DNA of 62,568 nt, filler included. It is 5 parts of 5 records of this genome, joined end to end, with 100 filler letters (N's around TTAATTAATTAA, not from the genome) between each part and the next. Parts side by side here need not be neighbours in the genome. Positions count along the whole stretch, not along the records: positions 48,241 to 54,161 come from DRR378314_1497; positions 54,262 to 62,568 come from DRR378314_1502; 3 more parts are not named here. One strand, written 5' to 3'. Each line of letters starts with the position of its first letter. Position 1 is the first letter of the stretch. Made by a program: the position numbers and the translations under genes. Of the stretch, positions 53,411 to 62,568 are shown one piece after another. The notes beneath the pieces are model-generated. The model made no database searches and was not told where the DNA came from. It saw nothing but the letters and a program-made list of their open reading frames with translations.

Positions 53411-54150
53411 TCATCCTTGCTCCGCCGCCGCGATGCTTTGCAGCGTCAGCGAAGCCATCGCGAGCTCTTCATCTCGCCGCTTCTTCAGATCTACACGCAG
53501 TGAGCACAGGCACGAATGGCAGGGCGCTACGAGAGCTGTAAGTGCGTACCGCTGGCACTTGTTCAGCTCGCTCGCACTTTGTATCAATGAAGTTGGCTCG
53601 CTTCGATACGCCAGCGGGCAGAGGGAGAGTGCAATTCGCACCTATGGGGAAGCGCCACGGCGCGGCGGGCGACGGTCCGCCCTGCTGCAGCGACGCGACG
53701 CGGTTCCCGGACAGGTCCCAGATGTGGCAGCACCGGTCATGTCCCGCGGTAAGAAGGAGCTGCGTGGCGAGTTTCCGAAGCACATTGTAGCAGTGGTCAC
53801 GACAGGAGATGCGAATCGAATTGCACGCGTGACACAAGTGTAAGACGCGGTGAGGGAGCTTGGGCGGCACTTGCTGGCTGGTATGCTCCCCCCTGACTTT
53901 CTCAGTCCGGCGGCGCGCCGGGAAGGACTACACAGCACCGTACATGACGGTGACGGGGATACAGTGTAATGTTTCAATGCGGAATACACTCCTCGCAGCC
54001 GCTGTCGTTCGCACGACTCGCATGCAGTGGACTGGATCTCCTGCGGGTCGTTTCGCTGTCGATGCTGCTATTTTTGCATGTGACGTTGAAAGCAGGACGC
54101 ACCCGCGGATCATCGATAAGGCGAAGGGGCTGAACCGAGTCGCGGTGCGC
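53411..54150 (-). CDS. C-terminal exons of a WD40-repeat protein (WDR49/WDR64-like); upstream part lost in gap
   Basis: Spliced AHRDSVQPLRLIDDPR/LLLTAGHDRCCHIWDLSG...PWRFPI/DLKKRRDEELAMASLTLQSIAAAEQG*. Confidence 0.75.
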
Positions 54151-54161
54151 CTGCCAAGCAC

Positions 54162-54261
54162 NNNNNNNNNNNNNNNNNNNNNNNNNNNNNNNNNNNNNNN
54201 NNNNNTTAATTAATTAANNNNNNNNNNNNNNNNNNNNNNNNNNNNNNNNNNNNNNNNNNNN
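54162..54261. other. Assembly gap with artificial TTAATTAATTAA linker
   Basis: Same 100-nt N/linker block. Confidence 0.97.
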
Positions 54262-54737
54262 CCTGTGCGTAAGCCAGTTTCTCCTCAGGTGCGTTTTTGC
54301 CGGCGCGCTACTGCTGCTGCTGCTACGTGCGTACGTCTACCCCGAAGCGCACTATCTACGCGAAGTTTGCGCGCGAGAGGGAGACGATTCGATTACTGCG
54401 AAGGAATATCTACCCTGTTCTTTGTGCTTGATGCGAGGCGAGATGGGTTGGACCTTTTCACATGGTTTGGGATTGCTGTGTGTGCCATAGTGTGGCCGCA
54501 AGCACCGTTCCTGTGCGCAGTGTTCGCCCGCGGTTGTCCGCGTCCATGCTGCGCTCGTGCGCATGCACTGGTGCAGGTTTAAGGTATGGGCAGGGATAAG
54601 CTTATCTCTGGCTTTGTGCAATTTTGAATTTGCGGAGCTTCTCGGTATTTGCGCCTCTTTTGATAGTTGAATCATTTCTGCCTTGCGTGCTTTCTGTCGC
54701 GCATTTTGTTTTTCTTTTCTGGGGACCGACCTTGCAG

Positions 54738-56678
54738 CCGCGCGCGCCTGAGCCAGTAAAGGAGCAGCCAGCTACGACGCAGGTGTACTCATGTGCGTTT
54801 TGGGTAAGACGACGTGCTTGTTATTGTCGTTGTCGCCGCATGCTATGGCGAGGGGAGGAGCCTCGTGCTATTTTCGTCGGCAAACGGGTTTGCAGGGCAT
54901 AGCGCGGGACAATGCAAATCGCGTGCGTTTCTTCCCCTTGCACAATGCCGCATCCCTCATGGCGCGAAATGGCTGCTCACGCTCTGCTATGATGCCTGAT
55001 GTAGCGGTCGGCACTGCGCTTGGCGAGCTCGAGAAGACGCGCAAACGGCCGAGCTCAGGTATGTAATCGATTGCGGGAGCCCGTGTGTTTCTATGCGTGC
55101 TCTCACTGTCCGTCCCGCTCGTGTTGTTGAGGATCTGAACTGCATCTGCTGCCCCTTCTGTGTTGGGCCCTGCTGTGCGCACGCGCTACGTGATGTTCCT
55201 TGCCTGGCGCTTCCGACCGCAGCACCGAAATCCAAATCCGTTCCCTTTTCGACACTTTTGGTGGCTTTTATACTTGGATCGTTGGTCGGCGGTGCGATAC
55301 TGCTTGCCGCGGACGAGTACCGTGGAGCTGGCGTGAGCATTCAAAATGTTCCGCGCCTGATTCTCGGCAACATCCGCGCGTCCGTAGACTCGTGCGTTGC
55401 GGCTTGCAAAGCGTACGTTCCCGCCGTTGCAAGGCGAACCGGTGTATTCGTGCGAATCGCCAGAGAAATTTCGTTTACACAGCATGGGAAAGGAGGATGG
55501 GCATCGTTTGGGTGTCCGTTGTATTGCAACAAGGATGTGCTCTTTGGGATACGGTGGACTCTGCGTATGCGAGGGTTCTCGTGGTTCCGGTGTTCTCAGA
55601 AGAGTGCGCGAGGACCTGAACGCGGGCTGCATCCCGGTAGCAGCGTGGATCCCGTTCCCATGCAGGCGTTCTTTGCGGCCTTTGGGCGCTGATTGCGTGT
55701 GCGCAAAGAAAGATTGAGCGTGCGTGTTTCTCATCCTTCTTGCGATCTGGGGTTGGTTGAGTAACTGACGCGGTAATGCTTGATGTACTTTTCTTTCCGT
55801 CTATTGCAATGGGCGTGCTGGTTTTGGTGTTTGCCTCCTCTCTGTAGTGTGCTCGGGTTCGTGGCAGACACCGTGGACTGCATATTTTCATGGTTGCGCG
55901 CACTTTTCACTGGCAAGATTAACTACGAAACTATTGCAAGCACCGCGCATGATGTACGCGTGTTCATCTCAACATCGGCATGCGAAATGAAAGCCACTGC
56001 CGCCAGCCGTCTATCACGGCTGCGGACAGACCTGGTCGGGAAGGTGCGATAAATGCGAAGCGCGAAGCGTTTCGTCCGATAGCGCACGGCAGCTGTTCGC
56101 GAAAAACAGCAGGGATTCTCTGCTTGGTAGTAGAGCGAGTTGTGAGATGGCGTGCACAAAAAGAGAAAACACAAAACCGACACATGATGCGCGGCGAGGT
56201 GCTGGAGAGATTTATTGAAGTTGTACGCGCAGCCGATATACTCTGTGTGCTTTCTTCCTATGGATGGTCCGTGCACCCTGTGTGGCGTTGTACATGGGCG
56301 GAGCTGCTCGGCTTGTTTGTGTTGATGATAAGAGTCTGCCCGCGTGCGATTCACTGAGGGGGAGGCTTAGGGATGATTCTGGCGTCTCTCTTTTGCAGCG
56401 CTTACCGCTACGGCTGCTCAGCGTTTCGCGTCGCCTCGGAATGCGCTACGCGACGTGTGCGGGCCAGCCGAGGGCTATGCTGCGGCACGTCGGCCAGAAG
56501 CGTGCTTGGACCCAGCAGTGCGCGCTGGCTCTGTCCGCTTATTTGCTGCAATGTTCTTCTTTTTGCTGCGCTGTGGTTTCAGATGATTGAGCTTGTCCAT
56601 CGTTTCCACGGCGGCAACGTTCCTTCCCCTACACCGGCGTCGCCGTCAACGGAGAATGGAATCTTCTCGTGGTGGTAA
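54738..56678 (+). CDS. 3' part of an unknown membrane protein
   Basis: AG/GT-bounded exons PRAPEPVKEQPATTQ; GTALGELEKTRKRPSS; TM FSTLLVAFILGSLVGGAILLAA; VLGFVADTVDCIFSWLRALFTGK; MIELVHRFHGG...GIFSWW*. Confidence 0.5.
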
Positions 56679-57309
56679 CGGCGAATATATGATGCTACCT
56701 CTGCTGCGCCGATGCGCATGCGAGGGAGGCATCACTGCAGCCGGCGCCCGGGGGTCCCGCGGCTGGGCATGCGGATTGATATGTCTTGTAGAGAAGCTGT
56801 GCCGTCCAACTGTTGCCGTTAGCGGCCGATCGGGGGATTCGCACGACATGCGTGAGAAGGTTCATGTCGCGCGCGAAATCCGCGCCTTGGTCTATGGCGT
56901 TTTCAGCGGAAGCTTGGTTCGCGCAGCGCGACGGTTCCGCCCTGCTGCCAGCGCGCCGTGTGTTTGCGCGCGTTACTTTGTGTAAGTGTACAGTTTTGCG
57001 CAACTTGGTGTGTTCTCGAGAGTTGTTGCCGTGCTGTCTGCGTTTGCGCGTTCATGCAATGGAGGGTATGACTGGCGAAGGAGGGCGAGTGTGTGCACCC
57101 CCTTGCCCGTGTGTGGCAAAGCGAACGGAGAAAGCGTGGGCAAAGTACGTAATAAAACCTACAAAGCGGCGGGAGATGCAGCCCCGTGCGCGCGCGCGCA
57201 AGAACCCAACGCTATGCGAGCGACGGGCATCGTAGTGACACTTTCGACCATGCATTGAATTGGCACGGGGATCCGCAAGACTCGTGGCGGCGCCCGATAG
57301 TATGGTACT

Positions 57310-58462
57310 CTAGCTGGCGTTGCGATCCACCGCGTCGTCAAACGCAGCAAGCATCGCTTCACCAACGCCCTTGAGATTCGTGAGCCCCCTGACGACCGCC
57401 TCAGATGCCGGCTCGCCTACACCATCAGTTCATCAAGCACCCACCCATGCCGTGAATGAGATGACTCGTTATGCATAACGTATTGAACGGAAGTGACCAG
57501 CGCAGACCTCGGGCGGGGAAAAGGACGCCTACCGCACCCTACACCACAACGTTGAGCGCGCTGTTGCCTATGGGCAGCTGGAGCGCACCTCGCGTCTGGA
57601 CGACCACGTTCATCTTCGTTTCCAGCGGATGAGGAACTGAGTATCCAACAAATTTTACTCCGCGGCTGCAGAATTAGCGTATCGTACAGGTCCATACATA
57701 GACAAGAACCTGTTCAGCATCAATCGCGAAGGAAAACGAAACGAAACGGGGGTGCAACGCGCAAACGAGGCCAACGGTGCGTCGCCGTGGAAGCGGTGCA
57801 ACGCAAGGCTGCTCCGCTTCGCGTGCGCCCGCTCGTGCGAGCGTCTTCCACAGCAACGTACTCTCGCGCCATTAGATGCCGAAGCGTGTTGCCCAGGGTG
57901 TGGTCTTCGTTGTGAAAGACGATGGTTTGATTCGCAGGGTCGTCGCCCACCTGCGAAACGGTGATGCATCCAGGCAAGGGAGAAGAAAAGAAAAAAAAAA
58001 CCATCAAAGAAGTCCGCGTCGCGAGGGCGGTGAGAACTGCGGCAACTCTCGTGCGAGCGAGCCCGCAGCGCGTTGCAAGCCCATAATTCGCCCGATCTCA
58101 TGCGTTTGCAAACGGATACATAGGTGAAAATTATTCTGGATTTGCTATCGCGTTATCGGCTTCCATATTTGGATGGGTGCAGCAACCGGAACTGTGCAAG
58201 GCTAGCGCGCAAAACACACGACCGCAGCTGCCAACGTGGCAGACCGCTAGAAACGCGCTCACGTCGCTTCGCGATTTTTTTTTTTCACACAAAAACAAAC
58301 TTGGAGCAAACGCGACGCAACGGCGCGCCGGCGCGATATGGCAGAGAACTGGGTCACACTGACAAGAAATGCTACGAGTGCTGCTGATTACTCTCCTTGC
58401 GTCGACTAGTCACCGTGGCGTACAATTTCGACGGCAGCTTCGCCAGACTGCGACTGCGCCAT
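57310..58462 (-). CDS. POLR1D: RNA polymerase I/III shared subunit RPAC2 (AC19). Exons 58462-58424, 57950-57862, 57665-57589, 57416-57310
   Basis: TIVFHNEDHTLGNTLRHLMARDRGVKFVGYSVPHPLETKMNVVVQT, the RPB11/RPC19 signature of the GYSxPHP type. Confidence 0.92.
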
Positions 58463-59465
58463 TGCAAGAGCGCGTGCCCTGAGGAGGCACGACGAAATGC
58501 GACTTCGACACCGCGCGGCTGTGGCGCTGTCGAGCGCGCTTCCGTTTCGCGCTAGGGTTATGTTTACAACCCAAGCACTCCGCTTTCTGGTATCCCGTTT
58601 GTGCTGCCCAACGCCGGGGTTGCCGATGGCACTTTGCATAGCTCGGCCGACGTATCATGCCAATATGCTTCTCGCTTGGTGCAGAAGTGTAGATATATCA
58701 ATACGGATAACCTCATGCGATATAAGGAACGAGCTCGGCTGGACAGGGTGAGGAAGGATCTCCGCACGTACAGGGCAGGAAAATCGTGGACGCGCGATGA
58801 GCTGTAGCGCGCGCCGGCCGTATCGGAGTCCTTGTGGGTGCGGTGCACCGGCCTGCGTTTTTGCTACGTAGGGAATAGGGGTGTGGTGAAAAGACATACC
58901 AGCAATCATAGTAATAATGTTATGATGTGCGCTTGGTCAGGAACACGGTTACACGTGCTGCAGTAGAATGAGAAACGCCGCTCAGCCAAGCGGCGAGAGG
59001 GAAGCATGTTGCCTTTTGCAACGCTGCCATAACTGCCCTGCATGTGCTCCTCTTCGAATGCGATTGCCGCCATCGCCCCATCGTTGTGCAGCCATTTCCT
59101 CGTGAAGCATTGCTCCCCGGTAACTGAATCGAACGCAGTTGCTCCAGAACATTCGAGCGACCCCGAAAGGCCAGTCTGATAGCGCAACTGTTTGCGGTAC
59201 ACGGAGCTGTCCCCGAGTTGGCTTTGTAACGCTGCAGCGGCTGGCGAGGACTGTTCCACATGTGCTTGGGAGGTAGGGCTACGAGGGAGGAATCAATTTG
59301 AAAACTATTTACTGGAGGAACTGTATAGCGTACATGTCATATGATCACTACGGTGTGCTGCCGCTCCCTTTGCGCTGTCGCTGCTTTCTTCCCCCTCGCA
59401 GCGCAGCGTGTTGTGTCGCGCCACGCAGCGGAGTTGCACTTGGCCGCGTGCCGTGCCCGACAAAG

Positions 59466-62061
59466 ATGGCGTCCCGTGCTCAAGCATGGCTGAAATCGCT
59501 CACATCGGACTCGCGATCGATAATTGATATTAGTGAGGCGGTGTTCCGTGCTCCCATTCGGGTGTGTTTTGCGGCACATGGTCCGCCGTGGCTCCCCTTT
59601 TTGTGCGCTGGTGTAGGTTACTGTGTCACTCCGCGCCGCTGCAGCCTGTCTGCTGTCCTGCTGTTGCTCGCACGCCGCGCGCGCGGGGGGGATTTTTTTA
59701 TGACCGAGACCCTATGTAATCTTGCAGGGTATTTTTATTTTGTACTATATTTGGGCTATGTAGCAGAGATTGCGGCCCATACGCCAAGGGGAACGCCAAC
59801 TTTCTCGCGGTGGGATACAGCGACGTCGGTGCTGTGCGCGGCTCGTGCTGGCGCGCGTGCTGCTCGTGCGAACCGCCTCGCGCCGCATGTACTCTTCGCC
59901 TCTTGCTCGAGCTGTGCAGCAGATTGCACGCAACGAGAGATTTAAGTTCTACACATCCGTGCATTGAATTTTTGACGAGCCAGGGTGCAGCGCCTGTGAT
60001 GTTATTTTTTTTTCTCTCGCTTCGCGACTGTAACACCGTGGGCCAAGCTGCGTCCGGTTGCTCCTACTGTGATCTTCCCCACTTCCGTACTCTGCGCCCC
60101 GCAACGCAGCCGGACCTCATCCACCGCGTAGTTGTGTGGCAGCTTGCGAAGCGCCGCCAAGGAACTGCCAAGGCTCTTACACGAGGAGAGGTACGCGATT
60201 CTCGTGGGGCTGTCAGCGCGCAAGCATTGGCAAGGCCGTGCAAGTGGAAGGCTCGAGCGGCGCAACGCGAGTCTGCTGCTTCCGGTGCTTTTTCCGTGCG
60301 CTGCCCGCAGTTTCTGCGCCGGCACGCCTGCCGAGGTGTAGCGCACGAGCTGATGAAAACGATTGTTTCTCTGACCTGCCGCGCCCTCTAATGAAAGTGA
60401 ATCCGCTGCTGTTTTCTTCCCATAGGTGAGTGGAACGACGAAGAAAATGTATCGCCAGAAGGGTACCGGGCGTGCACGCCACGGCGCCAAGACTGCTCCG
60501 ATTTTCGTGGGTGGCGGCAAGGCGCACGGACCGCGCCCGACCCCCGGCCTCGGCTACCGGTACGTTGTTTCGCGGCGGGAAGAGCTGCGTCTCGTCTGCC
60601 GTCGATGGGCCAAATGGCAATCCTTTATAGCAGGAGCAAACTCGTATACAGTCATGAATGGGACGACTGAACGTAAGAAATGATCTCCTATTGCGCTGAA
60701 TCCGGTGCATTGAGCTCGTTGCAAAACATCCACTGGGGCACGGGGACGGGCGCGTTTTGCGTGCAGAGGAGCGGCAGTCGGGTGCTTTCTCAGCGCTTGC
60801 CCTCCTTCTACAGCTTGTATGTGCGTCAGTTACCCTCTTGCTGCTTGCTCTCTTTTCGTCTCTTCCTTTTCCCCGTCTCGGCCTCACACTGCGTCCCTTG
60901 TCAATCCTTCTTTGATTTGCGCGGAATCCAGTGACTGGTCGTTTAGCCTGCCCAAAAAGGTCCGCGCTGCTGGCCTGCGCGCTGCGCTGTCCGCCAAGTT
61001 CGACGCTGGTGCGCTACATTTCGTAGACTCTCTCTCATTCGACTCGCCAAAGACGCGGTATGTGCTCAGCCCTGTGGATCGCAGCACATTCCACCTATCG
61101 CAGAGTCTTTTCCGGCTGTTGTGCAGTTTGACAAAGCGAGTGAGCATGCGTATTTGTGCCATTTGGTGCTCCGTGGCAGGCGCGTGCGGGCTGCAGTGCT
61201 GCAGCTATGGTCTGAACGCGATACTGCACGGGCTTGAAGCGCGTGGGGTGAGGACGAGTTTGGAACTGCTCATGGAAGTGATACAGCCATAGTGTTCGTA
61301 TGGCAGCGTGTGACCTTGTTTTGTGAAGCCTTGATCTGATGTGTGTTCCCCCGTTCGTTCTGAATCGTGCGTGCGACATTTTGTCCCAGCGACCTTGCCG
61401 ACGTTTTGGCGGAGCGGAAGTGGGAGTCTGCCCTGATTCTTGCCGATACTGACGAAGATTGCGCAGACACATTTTTGCAAGCATCGAGCAATCTGCCCTT
61501 TGTTCAGGTGATGGAGAAAGAAGGGGCGAACGGTGCGTTGCGCTTCTGTAAGACCGATGTTGTCGTGCCTAGAGCGTAATCACTGTGCGCGCAGTCGTGG
61601 TGCCAAATCATGTGCGCGGCGGCCTCGCGTTGCTTGCTGTGCGTGGGGATGCGGGAATGTGAGAATGCGCGAGCCGGAATGGGTGGGGCAGTTCCCTAGT
61701 GATGTGCTTCTAGGCTCCTTTGGAGGGGCCATGCGGGAAAACGTGGCGTGTTTACGCTTGTTCTGCACCGAGAAGGGTTGGCTGTGTTGCGACAGCGAAG
61801 CTGTTAGTTGCGACGAGCGATACGGGGAGGGAGGGGATCACGCCGCAGGGGCGAGTGCTGCTCTTTGTGATAGCTGCAAGAGTGCTCATGGCTACCTTCA
61901 AAGCGCAGCAAGCGACATTCCACTTTTCTAACATGCGGCTGTGCGGGAATGCTTGAATGTTTGTGCGCGTTATGATTCGTGCAGTGTACGACATTCTCCG
62001 CAGTCGCAACGTTCTCGTGACGAAGTCCGCGCTGGAGTATTTGGAGAATCGCCTTGGGTAG
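59466..62061 (+). CDS. MRPL4: Bacterial-type ribosomal protein uL4, most likely mitochondrial. Exons 59466-59561, 60110-60190, 60426-60559, 60932-61057, 61390-61532, 61985-62061
   Basis: [85 protein letters not shown]. Confidence 0.93.
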
Positions 62062-62568
62062 GGATGTTGCTCTCTATTGTTCTTGAAATACATGTATGGA
62101 ACCGCCCCGCCCGCAACTGCGACGCTCCCCACCGAGATCACAAACAGCATACACCGCAAAAGCGCATGTTAGACGAGCAAGGGTACAGCGGGTGTGGGTA
62201 AAACGCTCGCCGATGTCGCTGGTGCCAGTGGAGGTCTGCCGAACCGGGTTAGGTGCAGCTTGCTGCGAAATCGACGTTACGCGACAAATGCCGCGGCGAT
62301 CCGCTCTCCTTGCCCGGCGAAGGGCCTACACGCGGAAATGTAGCCCTTTGATCATTATTAAACCTACACACGCACGCACAATCGAGCAAGCGGGGCGCGG
62401 GAAGTGCAGGTAAGCGCCGATGAACCGAATCACGGAAGCAAGGGCACTAAGCACGGTGTCCCTCTGGATATGCACGTGCGCGTTGCAGCGCGCTGCCGAG
62501 GACTGCGCGCACAAGACCGACGCGCAGAGCAGTGTTGAAGAGCCGGCCATCTCGTGGCGGTCCCGCAA

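Noticed and set aside
494-61984. Recently active Introner/MITE family as the source of the intron stems
   Set aside because: No shared sequence or common length among introns, no consistent target-site duplications seen, and the wobble bias favours RNA structure. An ancient transposon origin cannot be excluded.
317-62061. Alternative genetic code or non-canonical splice sites
   Set aside because: The conserved genes (ACADSB, ADA, POLR1D, MRPL4, AGPAT) splice cleanly with GT-AG, have no in-frame stops, and TAA, TAG and TGA all appear as terminators in the window.
1-62568. CRISPR arrays, tRNA/rRNA genes, transposase or reverse transcriptase ORFs
   Set aside because: No repeat-spacer periodicity, cloverleaf/rRNA signatures or mobile-element motifs were seen by eye.

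Overview
A 62.6-kb window of GC-rich, intron-dense eukaryotic nuclear DNA, probably from a flagellated protist; I cannot name the taxon. It uses the standard genetic code and GT-AG introns of roughly 150-850 nt. Four artificial 100-nt gap linkers (N44-TTAATTAATTAA-N44) split it into five contigs. By manual splicing I reconstructed about 15 genes: an ACADSB-type acyl-CoA dehydrogenase, a small basic protein with an ALYREF-type UAP56-binding motif, an OSR1/SPAK-like STE20 kinase with HRN in place of HRD, a tandem two-domain adenosine deaminase, a DZIP1-like protein, two coiled-coil proteins, an AGPAT/LCLAT acyltransferase, a helical-repeat protein, an LRR/Cys-rich single-pass receptor, a multi-pass membrane protein, a TULIP/BPI-like protein, a WD40 fragment, an unknown membrane protein, POLR1D and mitochondrial uL4. 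The most striking signal is in the introns. In most introns examined, the first ~10-55 nt are colinearly complementary, with many G-U pairs, to the last ~10-60 nt, and the arm sequences differ between introns. Polypyrimidine tracts and branch points are weak, and some acceptors are A-rich AAG. This suggests splice-site pairing guided by intron-closing RNA stems. It was found by eye and needs a folding-versus-shuffle test.
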